A stretch of DNA of 32,000 nucleotides. Source: Edaphobacter aggregans (GTDB lineage Bacteria; Acidobacteriota; Terriglobia; Terriglobales; Acidobacteriaceae). The notes under the pieces were generated by a model, which was given only the letters and a program-made list of their open reading frames with translations, did not search any database and was not told the origin of the DNA. The stretch lies in the NCBI RefSeq assembly GCF_003945235.1, contig NZ_RSDW01000001.1, positions 1,590,001 through 1,622,000 on the forward strand, given 5' to 3'. A program made the translations under genes and the position numbers. Positions 1 to 8,393 of this stretch are shown here, in pieces. The stretch's first letter is position 1, and each line of letters begins with the position of its first letter.

Positions 1-65
1 CAACTCCGAATCCGCCAGCGCAACACTCCCCTCGCTCCCACATGTATCGATCAGCAACACCCGCA

Positions 66-1289
66 TCACGCCCCACCCTCACCAGCATCGCCGACAATCT
101 CCAGCAGCACCCCACCCGTACTAGACGGATGCACAAAAAAGTACCGATGCCCACCCGCACCCACCCGCACCGAATCGCTCGCCAGCCTCACCCCCTGCGC
201 CGTCAACCTCTCAAACATCGCGTCAATCCCCTCCACCTGCACCGCAATATGATGCAGCCCCTCGCCCCTCTTCGCCAGAAACCGCCCAATCACCGACTCC
301 TCTTCTGTCGGCTCCAGCAACTCCACCCGACTCTCGCCCAGCGGCAACATCGCGGTCCTCACCTTCTCATGCTCCACCGTCTCCTCATGCGTCACACTCA
401 TCCCCAACGCCTCATAGAACCCTCGAGCCGCCGCAATACTCTTCACCGCGACCCCAAGATGATCCAGTCGCAACCCACCGCTCATACCAAGCCGCGCACG
501 CAGTCCATGTTCCTTCTTCCACTCCGCACAACGCCGAACCGCCATCATCAACTCCGCCACACCCTCACCACTCGTAGCCACAGTCCTTACAACCGGAGGC
601 ACCCATCCCTCACGAGCCACCCCCAAACCCTGCATAGCCAGAATCTCCGCCTCCACCCTCTCCGCCCCACCCGCATCACTCTTATTCACGACGAAGACGT
701 CCGCCACCTCCATCACACCAGCCTTCAAACTCTGAACCTCATCACCCATTCCCGGCACCAGCACGAGCACCGTCACATCAGCCACCCCCACCACCTCGAC
801 CTCATCCTGCCCCACGCCCACCGTCTCGATCAAAATCGTCCCCCGCCCCGCAGCCTCCATCACCGAACAAACATCCGCCGCAGCCTTCGCCACTCCACCC
901 ATCGCCCCCCGCGAAGCCATACTGCGAATAAACACCCCCGCATCACCCTCAAACCCCTGCATCCGAATCCGATCCCCCAACAACGCCCCGCCCGTATAAG
1001 GACTAGACGGATCCACCGCCACCACCCCCACCGTCTGGCCCTGCCCGCGCAGCCACCGAGCCATCTGATCCACCAGCGTGCTCTTCCCCGCCCCCGGAGG
1101 CCCCGTCACCCCAACACGCAACGCACCTCCCGCATAAGCCCGGCAAGCCGCCAGCACCTCAGCCCTCGCACCCGCCCCATCCTCCACCAAAGACACCGCC
1201 CGAGCCAGCGCCCGCACATCCCCAGCACGCATCCGTTCCACCAACGCCCGCGCCGTCTCAACTCCGTTTTGCTTAGCCTCTGCTTCCAC
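66..1289 (-). CDS. meaB: MeaB/ArgK-type G-protein metallochaperone fused to a methylmalonyl-CoA epimerase (VOC/glyoxalase fold)
   Basis: One 407-codon frame with a GTG start. The N-terminal part carries the P-loop GVTGPPGAGKST, DPSSPYTGGALLGDRIRM and NKSD. The C-terminal ~130 aa (LRLDHLGVAVKSI...GLHHIAVQV...YFFVHP...GVLLEIV) looks like a methylmalonyl-CoA epimerase. Confidence 0.8.
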   Translation of the reverse strand: MEAEAKQNGVETARALVERMRAGDVRALARAVSLVEDGAGARAEVLAACRAYAGGALRVGVTGPPGAGKSTLVDQMARWLRGQGQTVGVVAVDPSSPYTGGALLGDRIRMQGFEGDAGVFIRSMASRGAMGGVAKAAADVCSVMEAAGRGTILIETVGVGQDEVEVVGVADVTVLVLVPGMGDEVQSLKAGVMEVADVFVVNKSDAGGAERVEAEILAMQGLGVAREGWVPPVVRTVATSGEGVAELMMAVRRCAEWKKEHGLRARLGMSGGLRLDHLGVAVKSIAAARGFYEALGMSVTHEETVEHEKVRTAMLPLGESRVELLEPTEEESVIGRFLAKRGEGLHHIAVQVEGIDAMFERLTAQGVRLASDSVRVGAGGHRYFFVHPSSTGGVLLEIVGDAGEGGA

Positions 1290-1307
1290 CCAGCGATGAT
1301 ACCGTGC

Positions 1308-1805
1308 CTAGCCCGCAGCCTCCGCAAGCAGCTTCGTCACTTTCGCGTCGAGCGATCTCGCCACCTCCATCGCAGCGGAGTTCCCATAACCCGCCAGAAA
1401 ACTCGCCATCGTGTCATACGACAGATGCACACCCTCCTTGTCCTCATAGACCAGAATCGTGACAGGAGCATACGAACCAGCGTCCGGAACATGCTCGACC
1501 ATCTGCTTCATGATCAGCGGATTACCCGCGATAATCCGAACGATCTTGTAAGCCTTCGCCTCCGGATCCTTCCGCATCGCCGCACCCAGATCCAGGCGCA
1601 GAAACTCCATCAAATCGGCACTCCCCACCACATCATGGATCACCTTCTCAAACGCCGAAAACGATGCCGCTGCGTCCATCTCTTGATGAAGCGCACGCAT
1701 ATCTGGCCTCCCGATCCCCTTCTCAAGCCCCCGCAGAACGTCCTCAAACGACTTCGCCGACACAACACTGAACCTCTCCACCGTCAACTGTTTTGTCGTC
1801 TTCAC
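1308..1805 (-). CDS. DUF302 domain protein
   Basis: The sequence ...IIAGNPLIMKQMVEHVPDAGSYAPVTILVYED... resembles the DUF302 core. The ORF is open back to a TTG at 1847. A GTG at 1805 lies 5 nt after a GAGGAG Shine-Dalgarno sequence, so I prefer it. The gene ends 18 nt upstream of the meaB-fusion start. Confidence 0.6.
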   Translation of the reverse strand: MKTTKQLTVERFSVVSAKSFEDVLRGLEKGIGRPDMRALHQEMDAAASFSAFEKVIHDVVGSADLMEFLRLDLGAAMRKDPEAKAYKIVRIIAGNPLIMKQMVEHVPDAGSYAPVTILVYEDKEGVHLSYDTMASFLAGYGNSAAMEVARSLDAKVTKLLAEAAG

Positions 1806-1974
1806 GTCTTCTCCTCTCACGATTTGGAGTATTGTGAACCTTGCCAAACTCCCAGCGTCTTTCAGCTTGCGCTCATCTTACGTCTTCGAGGTACGAGTCA
1901 CGTGATAGAACCCTCCCATGCCGGGCTCATCTCCGACCTCGCCTAATTTGCACCCATGAATACAAACTTTCACC

Positions 1975-1980
1975 TATAAT
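1975..1980 (+). promoter_or_regulatory. candidate -10 box (perfect TATAAT) upstream of the first fucosidase gene
   Basis: A perfect TATAAT lies in a GC-rich intergenic region, 34 nt before the GTG start at 2014. There is no good -35 at 17 nt; TTTGCA is 21 nt away. Confidence 0.25.
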
Positions 1981-2013
1981 TCCTCTGCCGTCACTTCACC
2001 CCAAGGAACCTTC

Positions 2014-3456
2014 GTGAACTTCAAGCACCGCAGCATCGCCACTGCACTCCTCATGGCCTCCACCTCCTTCACCTTCGCGCAGCTCGCAAGCACTCCACCC
2101 GACACCACCCCCACCAACCATCCCATCCCCGCCATCCAGGACACCGAAACCCCAGCCCAGCGCGACGCCCGCATGGAGTGGTGGCGCGAAGCTCGCTTCG
2201 GCATGTTCATCCACTGGGGCCTCTACTCCATCCCCGCCGGCGAGTGGCACGGCCAGCGCACCACCCACATCGGCGAGTGGATCATGAACGACCTCTCTAT
2301 CCCCGTCGCGGACTACAAAGCCTTCGCCCCCCAGTTCAACCCCACTGGCTTCAGCGCGCATGACATTGTCGCCCTTGCCAAAGCCGCCGGCATGAAGTAC
2401 ATCGTCATCACCGCCAAGCATCACGACGGCTTCGCCATGTTCGACTCCAAAGTCGACCCCTTCAACATCGTCGCCGCCACTCCCTTCAAGCGCGACCCCC
2501 TCAAAGAGCTCGCCGAAGAGTGCCGCAAGCAAGGCGTCAAACTAGGCTTCTACTACTCGCAGTCGCAGGACTGGACCGCACCCGGCGGAGCCGCAGCCGT
2601 ACGTGGAACCCACGACAAAGACACCGGCCACTGGGACAAGGCACAGGACGGCTCCTTCGACGATTATCTGAAAAACAAGTCCATCCCCCAGATCAAAGAG
2701 CTGCTTGAAAACTACAAGCAATACCCCGTCGTCGTCTGGTTCGACACCCCCGGCAAGACCATGACTCCTGAGCGCGCCGCCGAGGTCGTCAAACTCCTCA
2801 ACAAATACCCCAACCTCATCTGGAACAACCGTCTCGGCGGCACCTACAAGGGCGACACCGAGACCCCAGAGCAGTACATCCCCGCCCAGGGCTTCCCCGG
2901 TCGCGACTGGGAGTCCTGCATGACCATGAACGACACCTGGGGCTTCAAATCCTTCGACACCAACTTCAAATCCACCGAAACCCTCCTCCGCAACCTCATC
3001 GACATCGCCAGCAAGGGCGGCAACTATCTCCTGAACATCGGCCCCGACTCGCACGGCATCGTCCCCGCCCCCGAGGTCGAGCGTCTCCAGCAGATGGGCC
3101 AGTGGCTCAACGTCAACGGCGAAGCCATCTACAACACCAGCGCCACCCTCTTCGACGTCCCCACCGGCACCTTCAGCGACGAAAAGGACAGCCGTGGCCG
3201 CCAGAAGTTCATCCCCACCTGGAACTGGCGCTCCACCACCGGCCCCAACGAGATCTACATCTCCATCTTCCAGTGGCCCAACGGCACCTTCCATCTCGAC
3301 AAGCTTCCACGCAAAGTCACCAGCGCATACCTGCTGGCCGACAAGGCGCATAAGCCTCTAAAGCTCACCCCCAACGGCGAAGGCCTCGACATTCAACTCC
3401 CAGCCAAAGCCCTCGACCCCATCGCCACAGTCCTCGTCCTCAACACCGCAAGCTAG
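2014..3456 (+). CDS. secreted alpha-L-fucosidase, glycoside hydrolase family 29
   Basis: N-terminal signal peptide (NFKHRSIATALLMASTSFTFAQ). GH29 core: WWREARFGMFIHWGLYSIPAGEW, YIVITAKHHDGFAMFDS, GNYLLNIGP. AAGGAA lies upstream of the GTG start. Confidence 0.85.
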   Translation: MNFKHRSIATALLMASTSFTFAQLASTPPDTTPTNHPIPAIQDTETPAQRDARMEWWREARFGMFIHWGLYSIPAGEWHGQRTTHIGEWIMNDLSIPVADYKAFAPQFNPTGFSAHDIVALAKAAGMKYIVITAKHHDGFAMFDSKVDPFNIVAATPFKRDPLKELAEECRKQGVKLGFYYSQSQDWTAPGGAAAVRGTHDKDTGHWDKAQDGSFDDYLKNKSIPQIKELLENYKQYPVVVWFDTPGKTMTPERAAEVVKLLNKYPNLIWNNRLGGTYKGDTETPEQYIPAQGFPGRDWESCMTMNDTWGFKSFDTNFKSTETLLRNLIDIASKGGNYLLNIGPDSHGIVPAPEVERLQQMGQWLNVNGEAIYNTSATLFDVPTGTFSDEKDSRGRQKFIPTWNWRSTTGPNEIYISIFQWPNGTFHLDKLPRKVTSAYLLADKAHKPLKLTPNGEGLDIQLPAKALDPIATVLVLNTAS

Positions 3457-3476
3457 CCACAAGCCAATCAACAACG

Positions 3477-3513
3477 GGGAGCGGACAAACAATCCGCTCC
3501 CTCACTTCTTTCT
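3477..3513 (+). terminator. intrinsic-terminator-like hairpin after fucosidase 1
   Basis: GGGAGCGGA-caaacaa-TCCGCTCCC forms a 9-bp perfect stem with a 7-nt loop. It is followed by the T-rich tail tcacttctttct. Confidence 0.5.
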
Positions 3514-3528
3514 GTACCCTCTAAAACC

Positions 3529-5001
3529 ATGCGAATCTCCCGCCGTCAGTTCGTCGCCGCCTCCCTCGCAACAACTGCCTACCCGCGCGCGTGGGCCTCC
3601 AACATCACACCGCCAAGACCCTCCGGTGCAACTCCCTCCCCGCGCCAACTCGAGTGGCACACGCTCGAGACGTACGCCTTCCTCCACTTCACCGTCAACA
3701 CCTTCACCGACAAAGAGTGGGGATACGGCGACGAAGACCCCAACGTCTTCAACCCCACCGCATTCGACCCCGATGCCATCGTCCGCGATCTCAAGGCTGG
3801 CGGCATGAAGGCCGTCATCCTCACCTGCAAACACCACGATGGCTTCTGCCTCTGGCCAACCAAGACTACCGAGCACTGCATCCGCAACAGCCGATGGCGC
3901 GACGGCAAAGGCGACGTCGTCCGCGAAATCTACCAGGCTGCCCGCCGAGCTGGCCTTCAATTCGGCGTCTATGTCTCTCCTTGGGACCGCTCCAACCCCA
4001 GGTACGCCACGCCCGACTATCTTCCCCTCTATCGCGAACAGGTTCGCGAGCTCCTCACCAGCTACGGCCCCATCTTCGAAGTCTGGTTCGACGGAGCCAA
4101 CGGCGGCGACGGCTTCTACGGGGGCGCGCGTGAGAAGCGCAAAATCGACCCTGCCCACTACTACGAGTGGGACAAGACCTTCGCCCTCATCCGCCAGCTC
4201 CAGCCCAACGCCATCATCTTCTGCCCCGGCGGCGACATCCGCTGGGTCGGCAATGAAAAAGGAATCGCAGGCGATCCCTGCTGGGCCACCTACGGCCTTC
4301 CCAACCAGAAAGCGCAGGACGAGCACGCCTCCGACGGCGGCAGTAAAGAAGAGTTGATGACCGGCATCCGCCTCGGCCCCGTCTGGCGTCCCGCCGAATG
4401 CGACGTCTCCATCCGTCCCGGCTGGTTCTGGCACGAGAAAGAAAACTCCGCCGTCAAAACACCCGACCAACTCATCGACCTCTACTTTGACTCAGTTGGC
4501 CGCGGAGCCAGCTTCCTCCTCAACGTCCCGCCCAACCGTAAAGGCCTCCTCGAACCCACCGACGCCCAATCCCTCTCCGCATTCCACCAGAAGCTACAGC
4601 AGATCTTCGCCCGCAACCTCGCCCTTACTGCAAAGTTCCAGCCCTCCAACATCCGCGGCACCGACCTCCGCTTCGGCCCGCTAAATCTCATCGACTCCGA
4701 TCGAACCACCTACTGGGCCACGGACGACTCCGTCACCACCCCCTCACTCACCATGGACCTCGGCTCCCCGCAACCGGTCGCCATCATCCGCCTGCGCGAA
4801 GCCATCCAGCTCGGTCAACGCATCGGAGCCTTCGCGCTCGACACCTGGCAATTCGACACCTGGCACGAAAGCGCAACCGGCACCAGCATCGGCTCCTGCC
4901 GCCTCATCCGACTCCCGCAACCCGTCACCACATCCCAGCTCCGCCTCCGCATCACCAACTCGCCCACCAGCATCGCCCTATCCGAGCTCTCCCTCTTCTA
5001 A
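3529..5001 (+). CDS. alpha-L-fucosidase (GH29) with Tat-type signal and a C-terminal F5/8 type C (discoidin-like) carbohydrate-binding domain
   Basis: MRISRRQFVAASLATTAYPRAWA is a twin-arginine signal. GH29 core: FLHFTVNTFTDKEWGYG, AVILTCKHHDGFCLWPT, SFLLNVPPN. The C-terminal LNLIDSDRTTYWATDD...LRITN is typical of F5/8-C domains. Confidence 0.85.
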   Translation: MRISRRQFVAASLATTAYPRAWASNITPPRPSGATPSPRQLEWHTLETYAFLHFTVNTFTDKEWGYGDEDPNVFNPTAFDPDAIVRDLKAGGMKAVILTCKHHDGFCLWPTKTTEHCIRNSRWRDGKGDVVREIYQAARRAGLQFGVYVSPWDRSNPRYATPDYLPLYREQVRELLTSYGPIFEVWFDGANGGDGFYGGAREKRKIDPAHYYEWDKTFALIRQLQPNAIIFCPGGDIRWVGNEKGIAGDPCWATYGLPNQKAQDEHASDGGSKEELMTGIRLGPVWRPAECDVSIRPGWFWHEKENSAVKTPDQLIDLYFDSVGRGASFLLNVPPNRKGLLEPTDAQSLSAFHQKLQQIFARNLALTAKFQPSNIRGTDLRFGPLNLIDSDRTTYWATDDSVTTPSLTMDLGSPQPVAIIRLREAIQLGQRIGAFALDTWQFDTWHESATGTSIGSCRLIRLPQPVTTSQLRLRITNSPTSIALSELSLF

Positions 5002-5147
5002 CGGCCGGTGCCCTATCTCGCACGGTTTTACTCGCAACTTTCTGCATCCTATGTCTAGCTGATGCAATAACTCTACTTCTTGCACGACGCTGAACCACTG
5101 CATTTGGGTTTTCCCGGCCTGACGATTACGTCCACGGAGATCTCCTC

Positions 5148-6086
5148 ATGAAGTCAGTAGTCCTTCGCGTCCTCTCACGGTCCCTGCTCTCACTTACTCT
5201 GGCCTCCGTCTCGCTCTCCTCGCATGCGCAGCAGCTAGGCCACTACATCGGCGGATTCACAGGCCTTGAAAACGGTTCCTCCCCACCCCCCGGTCTCTAC
5301 GTCGCCTCCTTCGGCCTGATCGAGCCCATCGACTCCATCAGAGGTCCTGCAGGCAACACTGTCCTCAAGCCCGACATCAACGTTGGCGGTGCCATCGCGG
5401 CTTACAGCGTCACCACGGAGAAGAAGTTCCTCGGCGCAGAATACGGGCTCGCCTTCATGGTCCCCGTGCTCAACACCCGATTCAACTCCAACCTCTTCGA
5501 CGCCACGGAGGTATCTGCTGGCCTCTCCGACATCCTCTTCATGCCCATCAACCTCGGCTGGACAAAGGGCAAGGCCAACTACACCGTCAACTACAGCTTC
5601 TACGCCCCCACCGGAGAATTCGACCCCAACTCAGCTCTCAACCCCGGCCTCGGCTTCTGGGAGCACCAGATCCAGGGTGGCCTGACCTACAACATCGACA
5701 AGAAGAAGCTCTGGAACACCTCCGGCCTCACCACCTGGGAGATCAACCACAGCAAGCTCGGCACCAATTTGAAGACCGGGCCCATCTTCACCGGCGAGTA
5801 CAGCTTCGGCCGCCGCTTCTTCAAATACCAGATGAACGCCGGTGTCGTCGGCTACGCCTCGCAGAAGCTCTCTCCTGACTCCGGCCTCCCCCCTCTGCTT
5901 AGCGGCTACCTCGACCGTGCCTTCGGTGTCGGCGGCGAGTGGAAGTACACCGACATCAAGCACAAGCTCGCCTTCGATGTCCGCTATCAGCAGCAATACG
6001 GAGTCCAGCTGCGCACCTCCGGCCAGGTCCTCATCTTCAGCATCACCTTCCTGAACATGTTGCCGCCACCCAAGCCAGCGAAGTGA
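5148..6086 (+). CDS. outer-membrane beta-barrel transporter-like protein (resembles the MetA-pathway/phenol-degradation OMP family)
   Basis: Signal peptide ending SSHAQQ. The protein has alternating beta-strand-like segments, including SDILFMPINLGWTKGKANYTVNYSFYAPTGEFD, and a near-C-terminal aromatic (SITF). GGAG lies 8 nt before the ATG. Confidence 0.55.
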   Translation: MKSVVLRVLSRSLLSLTLASVSLSSHAQQLGHYIGGFTGLENGSSPPPGLYVASFGLIEPIDSIRGPAGNTVLKPDINVGGAIAAYSVTTEKKFLGAEYGLAFMVPVLNTRFNSNLFDATEVSAGLSDILFMPINLGWTKGKANYTVNYSFYAPTGEFDPNSALNPGLGFWEHQIQGGLTYNIDKKKLWNTSGLTTWEINHSKLGTNLKTGPIFTGEYSFGRRFFKYQMNAGVVGYASQKLSPDSGLPPLLSGYLDRAFGVGGEWKYTDIKHKLAFDVRYQQQYGVQLRTSGQVLIFSITFLNMLPPPKPAK

Positions 6087-6233
6087 CCTGTTGGAACGAC
6101 GTGGTGCGCCTCTACCGCCCGCGCACTCAGATCCTCACCGGCAAATGGAAGTTTCCCGAGGCCCAGCCCGAGTAGTGAAGCATCAACGACCACCAGGAGA
6201 GAAACCCTAAGACCCTGATGAAGGAGACACTGA

Positions 6234-7431
6234 ATGAAAACGCATCGTCCACGTCGCTCTTTGCTGCCATTTCTACTGGTCGCCCTGATCGTCAGTGGCG
6301 CAGTCCGCTTTGCCATCGCACAGGAGGTTCTGCCGCCTCCGCCTCCTGTCTTTCAGGGGCAATAGGACTCAGCTACAAAGACTCCAAACCTGACTTCCCG
6401 AAGCCCGTTCAAGCTCCGAAGGGCGCACCGAATGTCCTGCTGATTCTCCTCGACGACATGGGCTACGGCGTCTCCAGCGCATTCGGCGGCCCGGCAAACA
6501 TGCCAACGCTTGAGCGTCTCGCGCAGCACGGCCTCAAATACACAAACTTCCACACCACGGCCCTCTGCTCGCCCACGCGCGCCTCGCTCCTCACCGGTAG
6601 AAATCACCACACTGTCCACACCGGCGTCATCATGGAGGCCGCAACCGGATATCCCGGCTACGATACCGTCATGGGCCCCGACACCGCCACCGTCGGCGAA
6701 GTCCTTCGCCAGCACGGCTGGAACACCGCCTGGATCGGCAAAGACCACAACGTCCCCGACTGGGAATCCAGCGACGCCGGCCCCTTCAATCGTTGGCCAA
6801 CCTCTCTCGGCTTCGAATACTTCTACGGCTTCGTCGGCGGCGACACCAGCCAGTGGCGTCCCAACGCCTACGACGGCACCAAGCCCATTGAGCCGTACAT
6901 GAATAACCCGATTACAACTTCGACTACGACATCGCCGACCAGGCCATCCGCTATCTCCATCGCCACGACGCCGTCGCCCCCGACAAGCCCTTCTTCATCT
7001 ACTACGCGCCCGGCGCAACCCACGCTCCGCACCACCCTAAAGCCGAATGGGTCGCCAAGTACAAGGGCAAGTTCGACGAAGGTTGGGACAAAATCCGCGA
7101 AGAGACCCTCGCGCGCCAGAAGCAGCTCGGCATCCTTCCCGCCAGCGGAGGTATGGGCAAGGGAGGCATACTGACTCTAACCTCCGACGGTAAACAGCTA
7201 GCCTCCGGAAGAATCGAGCGCACCGTACCCATCCGGTACGAGCTCGACGAAGGCCTCGACGTAGGCGAGGACACTGGCACCCCCGTGGACCTCAGCTACG
7301 ACGTCCCCTTCAAATTCACCGGAACCATCGACAAAGTCGTCATCGATCTGAAGCCGATGGAGGCGGCAACAGCAGCCGAGAACGAGCAGAAGAAGCGCGA
7401 AGCCGATCTCGCAATAGGCATGCAGCAATAA
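6234..7431 (+). pseudogene. arylsulfatase remnant: two frameshifts plus a large in-frame internal deletion
   Basis: The signal peptide MKTHRPRRSLLPFLLVALIVSGAVRFAIAQE is in frame 0 and stops at TAG 6363-6365. The sulfatase N-domain (NVLLILLDDMGYG, formylglycine motif CSPTRASLLTGR, WIGKDHN) is in frame 2 until ~6908. DYNFDYDIADQAIRYL...PFFIYYAPGATHAPHH...KQLGILPA continues in frame 1. That stretch runs directly into the extreme C-terminal tail motif GKGGILTLTSDGKQLASGRIERTVP...TGTPV. The DNG-containing half of the catalytic domain is absent. Confidence 0.75.
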
Positions 7432-7450
7432 CTCGTCTCCGATAAACAGT

Positions 7451-7484
7451 CACCTCCTCGAAGCCAGGCAACTTCGAGGAGGTG
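7451..7484 (+). terminator. strong stem-loop downstream of the sulfatase remnant (possible terminator)
   Basis: CACCTCCTCGAAG-ccaggcaa-CTTCGAGGAGGTG forms a 13-bp perfect stem with an 8-nt loop. The downstream tail is only moderately T-rich (ccgaggagttgttgtg). Confidence 0.4.
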
Positions 7485-7639
7485 CCGAGGAGTTGTTGTG
7501 AAAATTTGAAATTGGTAGCAATCGCCACCCTGATCACCAAACCCAACCCTGCACGCTTTTGTCTTTTGTTTTGTGCACATTCCCGCTAGACTTCGGATCG
7601 GCACGGTCGTATCGGAAAACTCCAGAACGGGGATCACTG

Positions 7640-8200
7640 TTGAAAAAGCTCCTGAAGCAAGCTGCCATTGGCCTCTTTGCAATGCTCCTTCTGGCTGCCT
7701 GTACAGGCCTGCTCTTCTTCAAACTCGTTCAACGAAAGATCACCGCCCACATGCGGCCCCCGCACCTGCAAACCACACCGGAGGCCGCCAGCGATCTGAT
7801 GTATCGCACATTAGACGGCGAGGTACAGCACCTCTCCTCCACTAAAGGACAGGTAGTCTTCCTCGATCTATGGGGAACATGGTGCGTCCAATGTGTCACG
7901 GAGATGCCCACAGTCCAGAAGCTCTACGACCACTACCGAAACGATCCACAAGTAAAGTTCCTCATCATCTCCCGCATGGACTCACCCTCGTCCGTGCGCT
8001 CCTACGCGCATCGCAACCGGCTCGACCTGCCCTTCTACGTCACCCACGACGACGACATCCCTCAATCGATGCACCTCAATCAATTCCCTTCCACGTTTCT
8101 CTACGCGAAAGACGGAACCCTTGTCTCCAAACACATCGGAGCCGCCGACTGGTCCGATCGCTCTGTCATCGCATTCATCGATCAACTCAAGCAGCAATAA
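7640..8200 (+). CDS. TlpA/ResA-like membrane-anchored thiol:disulfide oxidoreductase (thioredoxin fold)
   Basis: CxxC motif in FLDLWGTWCVQCVTEMP. N-terminal hydrophobic anchor: KKLLKQAAIGLFAMLLLAACTGLLFF. The ORF is open from a TTG at 7559, but the TTG at 7640 gives a typical signal-anchor N-terminus. Confidence 0.75.
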   Translation: MKKLLKQAAIGLFAMLLLAACTGLLFFKLVQRKITAHMRPPHLQTTPEAASDLMYRTLDGEVQHLSSTKGQVVFLDLWGTWCVQCVTEMPTVQKLYDHYRNDPQVKFLIISRMDSPSSVRSYAHRNRLDLPFYVTHDDDIPQSMHLNQFPSTFLYAKDGTLVSKHIGAADWSDRSVIAFIDQLKQQ

Positions 8201-8393
8201 ACACATAACAGGCAGACAACTGTTTCTACCACCCACCTGCCCTGCAATCACTCCCCCCACCCGCCTCGTTGCTTGACACATATAGCCCAACACCGGCTAT
8301 CCTCATCCACGACACACCATTTACTTACTTCCGGACCGGCAGGTCCTACGCGAACAATGGTCAGACCAGCGTCGCAGCAGGAGTTTCGACTTA

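Noticed and set aside
42-1946. A 634-aa + strand ORF. Similar long ORFs lie antisense or out of frame to good genes, for example 19908-21164, 23709-24683, 24711-25394, 25419-26363, 26830-27567, 12894-13526 and 18355-19071.
   Set aside because: Their translations are low-complexity P/H/R/T/S-rich strings with no motifs. Each overlaps a gene with clear family signatures on the other strand or frame. The C/A-rich, G/T-poor + strand is intrinsically poor in stop codons, so long open frames are expected by composition alone.
6087-6217. A possible gene fragment after the OMP gene (frame reading ...WNDVVRLYRPRTQILTGKWKFPEAQPE).
   Set aside because: I could recognise no family, no start and no motif. 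It is probably just the tail of a spurious frame across the spacer.
6218-7174. The 318-aa ORF taken at face value as an intact short sulfatase.
   Set aside because: Its first ~45 residues lack a signal peptide, while a good one lies in the adjacent frame. Its last ~90 residues (ITTSTTTSPTRPSAISIATTP...) are low-complexity out-of-frame translation of sequence that encodes conserved sulfatase motifs in frame 1. I interpret it as a pseudogene instead.
8273-8303. The pair TTGACA ... TATCCT as a promoter for the MFS transporter gene.
   Set aside because: The spacer is 19 nt and the -10 is poor. It is not better than chance in a 190-nt spacer.
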